DNA from: a virus
Lineage: Duplodnaviria > Heunggongvirae > Uroviricota > Caudoviricetes
Virus record (IMG/VR): IMGVR_UViG_2563366991_000003
Strand: one strand, 5' to 3'
DNA length: 45,681 nt
This document shows positions 30,835 to 40,150 of the stretch, piece by piece. Position 1 is the first letter of the stretch, and the number at the start of each line of letters is the position of its first letter. Position numbers and translations under genes: made by a program. The notes under the pieces are model-generated. The model saw only the letters and a list, made by a program, of their open reading frames with translations, made no database searches and was not told where the DNA came from.

Positions 30835-31011
30835 ATGGCCGGATTAACTAAAGAGCAAAGAGCACAGCGTGAAGCCGCACAAAAAACGCAAATTGAGTTA
30901 GTGGTTATGGTGACCGATTATCAGATGTTTCCCGGCGCACCAACTATCGCTAATGTTCATCCTGATGAAGTTGACAACTGGAAGGCTATGGGCTGGAAAA
31001 CTCAGGAGTAA
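30835..31011 (+). CDS. Small hypothetical head-module protein, 58 aa
   Basis: Hand-translated MAGLTKEQRAQREAAQKTQIELVVMVTDYQMFPGAPTIANVHPDEVDNWKAMGWKTQE; below the ORF-track size cut-off. Confidence 0.35.
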   Translation: MAGLTKEQRAQREAAQKTQIELVVMVTDYQMFPGAPTIANVHPDEVDNWKAMGWKTQE

Positions 31012-31014
31012 CAC

Positions 31015-31410
31015 ATGATCACTTACGTGACCTGTGATGACGTTGATAATGCGTTTGGGAACGCCTGGACGAGTGAGAACGCTAAAAATAAAGCTGTTTT
31101 AATGGCTAATGCCTGGCTTAATGGCTTCAACCTGAAAATTAACCCATCCCGTATTCCGGAAGAGGTAAAACTTGCGGGAGCATATGCAGCCAGAATTGCC
31201 TCATTTGGTAAGTTGTTTCAGCAGAAAAATGATTCTGGCGTTGTTATCAGTAAAGCCGTGTCGGCTGACGGGGTCAGTGTATCGAAATCATTTTCTGAGT
31301 TGCCAGCAAACAGCACTGCATTGCTTGAACCCGATTTACAGCTTGCGATAGCACTGCTGAAACCGTACGGACTTAGTCGCTCACAAGTCAGGGTTGTGAG
31401 GGGGGGATAA
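31015..31410 (+). CDS. Head-tail connector / adaptor protein (putative)
   Basis: 131-aa ORF in a tightly packed run of small genes between capsid and tail genes. Confidence 0.45.
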   Translation: MITYVTCDDVDNAFGNAWTSENAKNKAVLMANAWLNGFNLKINPSRIPEEVKLAGAYAARIASFGKLFQQKNDSGVVISKAVSADGVSVSKSFSELPANSTALLEPDLQLAIALLKPYGLSRSQVRVVRGG

Positions 31411-31793
31411 TGGGGCTTCGTGAAGAGATTCAGTCAGAGGTTGCCGCTGCTTTTGATGAGGATTTAGCGGACGCCGTGAGTGATTTTTCTGGTTATTACG
31501 TTACGCACCGGCACTGGGATCCTGTGACGGAAACTGGCGGCGAATCCACCGCAATCTATACCGGGCGAGGCGTGTTGACACGTTATAAGCTGGGCAGAAT
31601 TGATGGGATTAATATTTTGCATGGTGACCTTAAATTAACCGCTCTGGTATGCGAGGTTACGGATAAACCAGCTGTCGACCATATTATTGAGATTTATGAT
31701 CCTGTATCAAGGCAGTTACAACGATACGAGGTAATTACAGCAAGTTTAGATCCTTCCGCATCAGTTTACTCTATCCAGTTAAGGAGAGCGTAA
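31410..31793 (+). CDS. Head closure / tail attachment protein (putative)
   Basis: 127-aa ORF; start overlaps the upstream stop. Confidence 0.4.
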   Translation: MGLREEIQSEVAAAFDEDLADAVSDFSGYYVTHRHWDPVTETGGESTAIYTGRGVLTRYKLGRIDGINILHGDLKLTALVCEVTDKPAVDHIIEIYDPVSRQLQRYEVITASLDPSASVYSIQLRRA

Positions 31794-32174
31794 ATGGCAA
31801 AGGCATGGGATATAGAACCGTCAATATTTGCCGGGATGATTGAGGAAGATGTAGGGCTGAAGATTCGCTACATCGCTATGCAGATTCTTACTGCTATTGA
31901 TATTGCTGCTCCGGTTGATACCGGACGTTTCAGAAATAACAACCTGGTGTCGTTACAGCATCCCGATTTTGGTATATCTGATAACGTGGATCCGAACGGT
32001 ACGATTGCTGTTCAGCGTGGGATCGGGGTTATTTCGAAAGCTGCAAATTACGGGGTTATTTATATCCAGAATAACCTTCCTTATGCAGAGGCTCTTGAAA
32101 ACGGTCATTCACAACAAGCGCCAACTGGCGTGTATGCCAACGCTTTTTATGGTGTTTTACAGGCTTACAAATGA
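31794..32174 (+). CDS. Tail component (HK97 gp10-like, putative)
   Basis: 126-aa ORF by position. Confidence 0.4.
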   Translation: MAKAWDIEPSIFAGMIEEDVGLKIRYIAMQILTAIDIAAPVDTGRFRNNNLVSLQHPDFGISDNVDPNGTIAVQRGIGVISKAANYGVIYIQNNLPYAEALENGHSQQAPTGVYANAFYGVLQAYK

Positions 32175-32563
32175 AGTTTACTGAAATCAGAAATACGGTT
32201 ATTTCCAGAATGACGGCACAGACGATTATTGATGGAAAAGACGTATTGTATCCGAACGGGCCAACGTTCGATCCTTCCGGTAAGTTAATCTGGGCGCGGT
32301 TAAGTAATATTCCCGGGCAGGCTGGGGTTAATGAAATTGGCGCGGGGCCGGTTGTTTATCGCACGGGGATAATCATTATTCAGTTATTTGTCCCCGCAGG
32401 TTCTGGTTCAAAACTCATTACTGAGACAGCCGATAAATTGCGGGAACTGTTTGAGTTTCAGGATGACGATCGTCTCAGTTACCAGGCTGTTTCCTCAATA
32501 GCCGTCGGCGAAAAGAATGGCTGGTTCCAGCTTAATCTTCAAATTCCATATCGCGCGCTCTAG
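32171..32563 (+). CDS. Tail completion / terminator protein (putative)
   Basis: 130-aa ORF overlapping the upstream stop by 4 nt. Confidence 0.4.
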   Translation: MKFTEIRNTVISRMTAQTIIDGKDVLYPNGPTFDPSGKLIWARLSNIPGQAGVNEIGAGPVVYRTGIIIIQLFVPAGSGSKLITETADKLRELFEFQDDDRLSYQAVSSIAVGEKNGWFQLNLQIPYRAL

Positions 32564-32589
32564 CGCAATTAATGACATAGGAGGCTTCT

Positions 32590-33552
32590 GTGAGTTCAGG
32601 TGCAAAGGTTATCTCGGCATTTATCCGGGAGACAGTTGCAGGCACTACGCCAGCAAGTGGTGACTGGAGTTTATTAAAACGCACAAGCTGGGGAGTAAAA
32701 CCCACCCAGAATAAAGGCGAAAATAATGAGATTGGTGGCTCCCGGATGGCTCAGGGGGCGACGCCTGGCACTGTGGATGTCGGCGGTGATGTTGGTACCA
32801 AATTTCGCTGGGGTCAACATGATGATTTTCTTGCATCCTGTTTCGGCGCGGAATGGTCAGGCGATTCTCTGACAATGGGGAATGAGCGAATAACATTTTC
32901 TCTGGCGACCTATGCGTCCGATGTCGGAATTGCCTCTGTCGTCAGAGGAGCGCAGGTTGGCTCATGGAAAATGCAGATCCCTAACGACGGCGATATTACA
33001 GCGACCGTAACCTTTGCCGGGCTGGGCTGGGAAACAAAGGCCGATGATACGAATTTTATCAAAGGCAAACCTGTGGATAGTGCAGGAAAGTTACGCTATT
33101 CGTTTAAGGAGGTTTCAGCAGTAAGCCTGAATGGTGTTGCCGGAGGTAACGGTTTTTGTATCGACAGTTTTGATATTCAGTTCGATAACAAACTCCAGAC
33201 ACAGCGTTGTATCGGGACTGGCTCGCCTTATGCAGGAGCAAATATTCCGACTACTTTTACACCGTCCGGTACGGTGACGCTTTCATGGTCTAAAGCCGCG
33301 TGGGAAATCTGGAGTAAAACACTGACTGGAGAAACAGTTCCGTTCAGCTTCACGCTTTCGAATGGAGAGGGGGCATACACTTTCAGTTTCCCGAAGGTTC
33401 AGGTGTCAGGTGAATGGCCTGATGGGGGTAATACTGACATTATCCAGGTTCAATTGAGCATTACCGCAGCAGATGAAGCACCTACGATAACCAGAAAAAA
33501 ATGCTCCCCGACTGCCGTGATCGCAAAAGCCAGTGCTGATGCGATTAGTTGA
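32590..33552 (+). CDS. Major tail protein (putative)
   Basis: 320-aa Gly/Thr/Ser-rich beta-type protein directly upstream of the G/T chaperone pair; GTG start with AGGAGG RBS. Confidence 0.6.
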   Translation: MSSGAKVISAFIRETVAGTTPASGDWSLLKRTSWGVKPTQNKGENNEIGGSRMAQGATPGTVDVGGDVGTKFRWGQHDDFLASCFGAEWSGDSLTMGNERITFSLATYASDVGIASVVRGAQVGSWKMQIPNDGDITATVTFAGLGWETKADDTNFIKGKPVDSAGKLRYSFKEVSAVSLNGVAGGNGFCIDSFDIQFDNKLQTQRCIGTGSPYAGANIPTTFTPSGTVTLSWSKAAWEIWSKTLTGETVPFSFTLSNGEGAYTFSFPKVQVSGEWPDGGNTDIIQVQLSITAADEAPTITRKKCSPTAVIAKASADAIS

Positions 33553-33600
33553 TTTTCCGTTATTCCCCCTGTGGTACTGCACTACAGGGGGACGCATTGA

Positions 33601-34164
33601 ATGAGGTTATGGATGTTTATTCTTAATCAGAAAATTATCATCGGTGGAGAACGCTGGTTTACGCCAATGAAGGACTTAAAACCTGTAGACGGGTTAAAAC
33701 TGTTGGTGGCAAGCAGCGATAACGATCAGTATCGCTCCCGTAATGCATTAATCCGTCGTCACATTGAGAAAATGGATGCCAGTTTGCACGTCGGAACGAA
33801 GGAGTTTGATATTTCAAAGGTTTCCGAGGTAGATTCTGTTGATGATTTACTCATTGATAATGCTGCTCGTTATCTGCTGAAAGACTGGAAAGGGGTTGGT
33901 GAACTGGTTAATGGTGCTGAGGTTGCACTGGAATATACGCCAGAACGAGGGATCGCGCTGCTTAAGCAGAATCCAGAGTTGTACTGGCAGATCCTTGCAG
34001 AAGCAGCCAGCATCGCCCAGGGTAAAGAGCAGCAGAAGCAGGATACGATAAAAAAGCCATATCCGCCCAGCGGTGGTTATCGGAGTTCGGGGGAGAAAGG
34101 GGGGAAAAGGCAAGATGGAAGCGAGAAAAACTCAGGTTGCCACCGATACCGGAACCAGAAATAG
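33601..34164 (+). CDS. Tail assembly chaperone (lambda gpG-like)
   Basis: Position between the major tail and tape-measure genes; followed by an overlapping -1-frame ORF. Confidence 0.65.
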   Translation: MRLWMFILNQKIIIGGERWFTPMKDLKPVDGLKLLVASSDNDQYRSRNALIRRHIEKMDASLHVGTKEFDISKVSEVDSVDDLLIDNAARYLLKDWKGVGELVNGAEVALEYTPERGIALLKQNPELYWQILAEAASIAQGKEQQKQDTIKKPYPPSGGYRSSGEKGGKRQDGSEKNSGCHRYRNQK

Positions 34165-34370
34165 ACCCGGTGCTTAAGGAATTGTTGTACGCCTATTCGG
34201 TAATATCCCGTGCCCGACGTTATGCTGGAATGACCGGGGTGCCTTTGCCTTTATCTCTGACAGAGATAAATGAATATTTAGCCACTCATCCGGTATTGAT
34301 TGAGCGCGATGAGTTTGAAGCAGTGATCTTTGCACTGGATGACCAGTATTTTCAGGATCAGTGTGTGTAG
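34026..34370 (+). CDS. gpT-like extension of the chaperone, reached by programmed -1 frameshift (G-T fusion)
   Basis: The -1 frame is open from 34026 to 34370 and overlaps the 3' end of the G ORF; G/A-rich slippery tract GGGGGGAAAAGG at 34099-34110. Confidence 0.5.
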   Translation, partial: RAAEAGYDKKAISAQRWLSEFGGERGEKARWKREKLRLPPIPEPEIDPVLKELLYAYSVISRARRYAGMTGVPLPLSLTEINEYLATHPVLIERDEFEAVIFALDDQYFQDQCV

Positions 34371-34533
34371 TTGTTAATTACGTACACTCTGTTACAGAGA
34401 TGTGATGGTGTCTTTAATTAAATCGATGATGCTCCTGGAGAAAAGCATTGCGTGGCCTCGTAATCGCTATATCTACTATTATGTCGCCTGAAACCCACTT
34501 CGGTGGGCTTTTTGTTGTCTGGAGTTTTAATAA

Positions 34534-37032
34534 ATGGCAGAGCAAACCTCGCGTCTCGCAATAATTATTGATAGCACTGGAGCAAAAAATAATGCTGACA
34601 ATCTGACCTCCTCATTAGTCAAAATGACGCAGGCCGGGGAAACTGCTGCAAATAGCGCAGGGAAAGTGACTAAGGCAACAGAAGATGAGAAGAACGCGCT
34701 CGCAAAATTAAAAGCAGCTATTGATCCAGTTGGTGCCGCAATTGATACTGTCGGTCGACGCTATTCTGAATTAAAGAAATTTTTCGATAAAGGGCTTATT
34801 GATAAAGAAGAATATGAATTTCTTGTCCGTAAACTTAATGAAACCACAGAGGAATTGAGCGGGGTTGCGCAAGCGCAGAGAGAAGCCGAGAAGGCCGGAA
34901 AACTTGCTGCCGCCCAGCAGGAAGCGCAGGCTCAGGCCTTTCAAAGAATGCTGGACAAGATCGACCCTCTGGCTGCGGCGCTAAGAAATCTTGAACAACA
35001 GCAGGATGAACTTAATGCTGCGTTTGCATCCGGGAAAATAAATGGTTCTCAGTTTGAGAATTATAGCCGAAAAATACAGGAAACACGGCGAGAGCTTACC
35101 GGAGAGGCTCAGGCAGAGCGAGAAGCAGCAAAAGCGCATGATGAACAGGTTGCTGCTTTGCAACGTCTGATTGCTCAACTTGACCCTGTCGGAACTGCTT
35201 TTAATCGTCTGGTAGAACAACAGAAACAGCTCAATGAAGCAAAAGCTAAGGGGATGCTCTCTCCTGAAATGTATGAGGAACTTTCTGGAAAACTTCGTGC
35301 TATGCGGAGTGAGCTTGAGGTTACTCAATCTCAATTAAGCAAAACCGGAATGTCGGCAAAACAAACGGCTTTTGCTATGCGCATGTTGCCTGCACAAATG
35401 ACGGATATTGTTGTTGGGTTGTCCACTGGTCAGTCGCCTTTTATGGTGTTAATGCAGCAGGGCGGCCAGCTAAAAGATATGTTCGGTGGGATTGGCCCGG
35501 CGATCAAAGGTGTTGGTTCTTATGTGCTGGGATTAATTAATCCTTTTACCCTGGCCGCAGCAGCCGTTGGCGTCTTAGGGCTGGCTTACTATAAAGGCTC
35601 TCAGGAGCAGGACGAATTTAATAAATCTCTTATTCTTACCGGAAATCAGTTGGGGACAACCAGCGGGCAATTGGCCGATATAGCTCAACGTGCCGGGAAT
35701 GCGGCTGATTCGACAACTGGCGCTGCGGCGGCAGTATTAAACCAGCTTGTGCGTTCGGGAAAGGTAGCGAGCAGTTCGCTGGAGCAAGTGACGACAGCGA
35801 TAGTAAAAACGAGCGAAGTAACAGGAATATCAACCGAACAACTGGTTAATGACTTCAATGAAATTGCAAAGGATCCTGTCAGTGCCATATCAAAACTTAA
35901 TGATCAGTACCATTTTCTGACAATTGCGACTTATAACCAGATTAAGGCGCTACAGGATGAAGGGAACCAGCAGGAGGCCGCCCGCATTGCGACAGAAGCA
36001 TACTCATCCTCAATGATCCAGCGCACCAACCAGATTAAAGAAAATCTTGGTTATCTTGAGACTGCATGGAAAGCTGTCGCAGACTCCGCAAAATGGGCAT
36101 GGGATTCCATGCTGGACATTGGCCGTGAGGCCTCCCTTGATCAAAAAATCTCAGATGTTCTCCGTCAAATTGATGAAATAGAAAAAAATACCCGACCCGG
36201 AGTTTTCGGGTTAGGTGGCATTGGAGATGGCGGAGCTCAAAATAAAAGGCTGGCACGATTAAAGCAGCAATTGGGCGTACTTCAAGCAGAAAAAATTGCT
36301 CAGGACGTCCTAAATTCATCAATAAACGATTACAACAAGCGACAACAGGAAGGAATTGAACTCAGACAGAGAGCAGATGCCTTTTCAAAACAATATCAGA
36401 CCCGGGAGCAGCAGAGAGCTAGTGAACTTGCAAAACTGGAAAAGCTAAAGAGTCAGTATTCAAAGGAAGAATATAATAATTTTATCGCTCAAATAAATGA
36501 GCGTTATAAAGATCCAAAGCAACCAAAGGCGAAAGGTTATTCGGATGATGCTGCCCAACGAATGATTGATCATCTGAATCAACAGAATGCGTTACTAAGT
36601 TCACAAACTGAATTAACCGTTAAATTAAGTTCCTCTGAACAGGAACTGGTTAAGTGGCGTCAGCAGATTGCCGACCTGGAGTCACGACCGTCATCGAAAT
36701 TAACCCAGGATCAGAAATCGCTTCTCTTACACCGGGAAGAAATAACCGCGTTGATGGAGAAAAATGTTGCGATTGAAAAAAATAACAGGCTAATCAAGGA
36801 ATCCGCCGAAATAGCTGCATGGCGTGATTTATTGCAGGCTTCGATTGATAATCGTCAACAGGGGTATGATATTCAGATTGCTGGTTATGGGGTTGGCGAT
36901 AAAAATCAGCAACGCCAGCAGGAATTACTGCGGATTGAACGTGAATATAACAATCAGCGTCTGCAACTTGAACGTGACTATGCAGATAAATCCCGTGGGA
37001 TGTCAAATCATGTTTTTCAGGAGAAAATGTAG
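34534..37032 (+). CDS. Tail tape-measure protein, N-terminal 832 aa, ending at an in-frame amber TAG (37030-37032)
   Basis: Long coiled-coil protein with a central hydrophobic segment; the same frame stays open past the TAG through 37767. Confidence 0.8.
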   Translation: MAEQTSRLAIIIDSTGAKNNADNLTSSLVKMTQAGETAANSAGKVTKATEDEKNALAKLKAAIDPVGAAIDTVGRRYSELKKFFDKGLIDKEEYEFLVRKLNETTEELSGVAQAQREAEKAGKLAAAQQEAQAQAFQRMLDKIDPLAAALRNLEQQQDELNAAFASGKINGSQFENYSRKIQETRRELTGEAQAEREAAKAHDEQVAALQRLIAQLDPVGTAFNRLVEQQKQLNEAKAKGMLSPEMYEELSGKLRAMRSELEVTQSQLSKTGMSAKQTAFAMRMLPAQMTDIVVGLSTGQSPFMVLMQQGGQLKDMFGGIGPAIKGVGSYVLGLINPFTLAAAAVGVLGLAYYKGSQEQDEFNKSLILTGNQLGTTSGQLADIAQRAGNAADSTTGAAAAVLNQLVRSGKVASSSLEQVTTAIVKTSEVTGISTEQLVNDFNEIAKDPVSAISKLNDQYHFLTIATYNQIKALQDEGNQQEAARIATEAYSSSMIQRTNQIKENLGYLETAWKAVADSAKWAWDSMLDIGREASLDQKISDVLRQIDEIEKNTRPGVFGLGGIGDGGAQNKRLARLKQQLGVLQAEKIAQDVLNSSINDYNKRQQEGIELRQRADAFSKQYQTREQQRASELAKLEKLKSQYSKEEYNNFIAQINERYKDPKQPKAKGYSDDAAQRMIDHLNQQNALLSSQTELTVKLSSSEQELVKWRQQIADLESRPSSKLTQDQKSLLLHREEITALMEKNVAIEKNNRLIKESAEIAAWRDLLQASIDNRQQGYDIQIAGYGVGDKNQQRQQELLRIEREYNNQRLQLERDYADKSRGMSNHVFQEKM

Positions 37033-37767
37033 GCTCTGAATGATGCTCTGGAACGAGAAAAAGAAATTGTCAGACAGAAAAACGAGCAGCTCGATATTCA
37101 GGCAGGAGACTGGGTTAGTGGTGCCTCCCAGGGATTCAATAACTGGCTGGATGACACTAAGGATATCAGTGAGCAGATAAAATCAACCACGACTCAGATG
37201 TTTGATGGAATGACCGATGCGCTGGGTGATTTTGTCACGACAGGCAAGGCAAATTTTCGTTCTTTCGCTACTTCCGTGATTTCGGATCTTAGTCGAATAG
37301 CATTAAAGGCTTCAATTACTGGGATTTTCGACAGCATTAGTAACAGTTCTTCGGGGGGGATTTTAGGAACTATCGGGAGTGCTATTAGTAAATTTATTCC
37401 GAATGCAAAGGGCGGTGTTTATGAGTCTCCGTCATTGAACACGTATTCGAACGGTATTTATGATTCCCCGCAATTTTTTGCTTTTGCAAAAGGGGCTGGT
37501 GTTTTTGGTGAGGCTGGTCCGGAAGCCATTATGCCATTAACACGAACATCCGATGGTTCTCTTGGTGTCAGAGCTATTAATAGTAAAAGTGGTAATGGAG
37601 GCGGAGATATTACCTATGCCCCTGTATACCAAATCACTATTCAAAATGACGGCCAGAATGGAGAGATTGGCCCTCAGGCAATAAAAGCACTTATGGGGAT
37701 GGTTGATCAGCGGGTGCAGGGCAATCTGTTAAATATGCGACGTGATGGGGGAATGTTAAGTGGCTAA
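37033..37767 (+). pseudogene. Tail tape-measure protein, C-terminal portion downstream of the amber codon
   Basis: Codons 37033-37197 are open in the tape-measure frame and continue into the 37198-37767 ORF (Gly-rich C-terminal region). Confidence 0.7.
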
Positions 37768-38098
37768 TACGGAAGAATTTCACTGGTTACCAGAGGATGG
37801 AATGAAAACAGAAAATAAACCATCGATAAAAACTGTAAGATTTGGCGATGGTTATGAGCAACGAAGTCCAAATGGACTTAATCATTCTCTGCGCGTTTTC
37901 ACCTGTGATTTCAAAGTTGAGGCGAATGAACGTGATTCATTTGAAAAATTTTTAGCCCGGCATGAAGGCTATAAATCTTTTTTTTGGCGCCCGCCTGGTA
38001 TTAACAGAAAAATCAGAGTGGTGTGTCGAACGTGGTCAGCGACAGAACATATCACCTATACCGATTTTTCGTGTCAGTTTGACGAAGTGGTGATCTGA
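37760..38098 (+). CDS. Minor tail protein M (lambda gpM-like); likely ATG start at 37802
   Basis: VRFGDGYEQRSPNGLN and C-terminal FDEVV match the recalled lambda M pattern. Confidence 0.75.
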   Translation: MANTEEFHWLPEDGMKTENKPSIKTVRFGDGYEQRSPNGLNHSLRVFTCDFKVEANERDSFEKFLARHEGYKSFFWRPPGINRKIRVVCRTWSATEHITYTDFSCQFDEVVI

Positions 38099-38796
38099 TG
38101 CAGGACATACAACAGGAAACGCTGAATGAATGCATTCGTGCGGAGCAGTCGGCCAGCGTGGTGCTCTGGGAAATCGACCTGACCGAGGTAGGCGGGGATC
38201 GCTACTTTTTCTGCAATGAGCAGAACGAGAAAGGAGAGTCTGTCACCTGGCAGAGTCGGCAGTATCAGGCCTATCCCATTCAGGGGAGTGGATTTGAGAT
38301 GAACGGCAAAGGTGCCAGTGCAAGGCCAACGCTGAAAGTCTCTAATCTGCACGGCATGGTCACCGGGATGGCGGAAGACCTGCAGAGTCTGGTCGGCGGA
38401 ACGGTGGTCAGGCGTAAGGTTTACGCCCGTTTTCTGGATGCGGTGAACTTCGTCAACGGAAACAGTGACGCCGATCCGGAGCAGGAGGTGATCAGCCGCT
38501 GGCGTATTGAGCAGTGCAGCGAACTGAGCGCGGTCAGTGCCTCCTTTGTACTGTCCACGCCGACGGAAACGGACGGCGCTGTTTTTCCGGGGCGCATCAT
38601 GCTTGCTAATACCTGCACCTGGACCTATCGCGGTGATGAGTGCGGTTATCACGGTCCGGCGGTCGCGGATGAATATGACCAGCCGACATCCGAAATCACG
38701 AAGGATAAATGCAGCAAATGCCTGAGTGGCTGTAAGTTCCGCAATAATGTCGGCAACTTTGGCGGCTTCCTTTCCATTAACAAACTTTCGCAGTAA
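38098..38796 (+). CDS. Minor tail protein L (lambda gpL-like)
   Basis: 232-aa ORF with C-terminal Cys cluster (CSKCLSGCKF); start overlaps the M stop. Confidence 0.85.
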   Translation: MQDIQQETLNECIRAEQSASVVLWEIDLTEVGGDRYFFCNEQNEKGESVTWQSRQYQAYPIQGSGFEMNGKGASARPTLKVSNLHGMVTGMAEDLQSLVGGTVVRRKVYARFLDAVNFVNGNSDADPEQEVISRWRIEQCSELSAVSASFVLSTPTETDGAVFPGRIMLANTCTWTYRGDECGYHGPAVADEYDQPTSEITKDKCSKCLSGCKFRNNVGNFGGFLSINKLSQ

Positions 38797-38801
38797 ATCC
38801 C

Positions 38802-39545
38802 ATGACAGAGACAGAATCAGCGATTCTGGCGCACGCCCGGCGATGTGCGCCAGCGGAGTCGTGCGGCTTCGTGGTGAGAACGTCGGAAGGGGAAAGATAT
38901 TTTCCCTGCGTGAATATCTCCGGTGAGCCGGAGGAGTATTTCCGGATGTCGCCGGAGGACTGGCTGCGGGCAGAGATGCAGGGTGAGATTGTGGCGCTGG
39001 TCCACAGCCACCCCGGTGGTATGCCCTGGCTGAGTGAGACCGACCGGCGGCTGCAGGTGCAGAGTGATTTGCCGTGGTGGCTGGTTTGCCGGGGAGCGAT
39101 TCACAAGTTCCGCTGTGTGCCACATCTTTCCGGGCGGCGCTTTGAGCACGGGGTGACGGACTGTTACACGCTGTTCCGGGATGCTTACCATCTGGCGGGG
39201 ATTGAGATGCCGGATTTTCATCGCGAGGATGACTGGTGGCGTAACGGTCAGAATCTCTATCTGGATAATCTGGAGGCCACAGGGCTGTATCAGGTGCCGT
39301 TGTCAGCGGCGCAGCCGGGCGATGTGCTGCTGTGCTGTTTTGGTTCATCGGTGCCGAATCATGCCGCCATTTACTGTGGTGACAGCGAGCTGCTGCACCA
39401 TATTCCTGAACAACTGAGTAAACGAGAGAGGTACACCGACAAATGGCAGCGACGCACACACTCCCTCTGGCGTCACCGGGCATGGCACGCATCTGCCTTT
39501 ACGGGGATTTACAACGATTTGGCCGCCGCATCGACCTTCGAGTGA
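38802..39545 (+). CDS. Tail assembly protein K (lambda gpK-like; MPN/JAB plus NlpC/P60 domains)
   Basis: HSHPGG..SETD JAB-type motif and Cys/His peptidase region. Confidence 0.85.
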   Translation: MTETESAILAHARRCAPAESCGFVVRTSEGERYFPCVNISGEPEEYFRMSPEDWLRAEMQGEIVALVHSHPGGMPWLSETDRRLQVQSDLPWWLVCRGAIHKFRCVPHLSGRRFEHGVTDCYTLFRDAYHLAGIEMPDFHREDDWWRNGQNLYLDNLEATGLYQVPLSAAQPGDVLLCCFGSSVPNHAAIYCGDSELLHHIPEQLSKRERYTDKWQRRTHSLWRHRAWHASAFTGIYNDLAAASTFE

Positions 39546-40090
39546 AAACGGGGTCCGAAGCCATCCGGGCGCTGGCCATGCAGATCCCGGCGTTTCGTCA
39601 GAAACTGAGCGACGGCTGGTATCAGGTACGCATTGCCGGGCGTGATGCAGGTGAAACTGAATTATCAGCCCGTCTTAATGAACCGCTGGCAAATGGTGCC
39701 GTGATCCACATTGTGCCGCGTCTGGCGGGAGCCAAAAGTGGCGGTCTTTTTCAGGCTGTGCTGGGGGCGGCGCTGATTGCGGTGGCATGGTGGAACCCTG
39801 CAGGTTGGTTGGGGGCTGCCGCAATTACAGGAATGTATGGTGCGGGGGCCAGTATGGTGCTCGGTGGTGTGGCGCAGATGCTGGCACCGAAAGCCAGAAC
39901 TCCCCGTACACAGACAACGGATAACGGCAAACAGAACACCTATTTCTCCTCACTGGATAACATGGTTGCCCAGGGCAATGTTCTGCCGGTTCTGTACGGT
40001 GAAATGCGCGTGGGGTCACGGGTGATTTCGCAGGAGATCAGCACGGCAGATGAAGGAGATGGTGGTCAGGTTGTGGTGATTGGTCGTTGA
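39443..40090 (+). CDS. Tail assembly protein I (lambda gpI-like)
   Basis: Near-match to recalled lambda I (MAATHTLPLASPGMARICLYGDLQRFGRRIDLRVKTG...); overlaps the K 3' end. Confidence 0.8.
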   Translation: MAATHTLPLASPGMARICLYGDLQRFGRRIDLRVKTGSEAIRALAMQIPAFRQKLSDGWYQVRIAGRDAGETELSARLNEPLANGAVIHIVPRLAGAKSGGLFQAVLGAALIAVAWWNPAGWLGAAAITGMYGAGASMVLGGVAQMLAPKARTPRTQTTDNGKQNTYFSSLDNMVAQGNVLPVLYGEMRVGSRVISQEISTADEGDGGQVVVIGR

Positions 40091-40150
40091 TGCAGAATGT
40101 TTTGTGTGAAACCGCCTCAGGGCGGTTTTGTCGTTTCTGGAGCGTGAGGA

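Noticed and set aside
38074-39492. 472-aa ORF on the - strand
   Set aside because: Antisense to the well-supported gpL and gpK genes; Pro/Ala/Arg-rich low-complexity translation typical of a spurious ORF.
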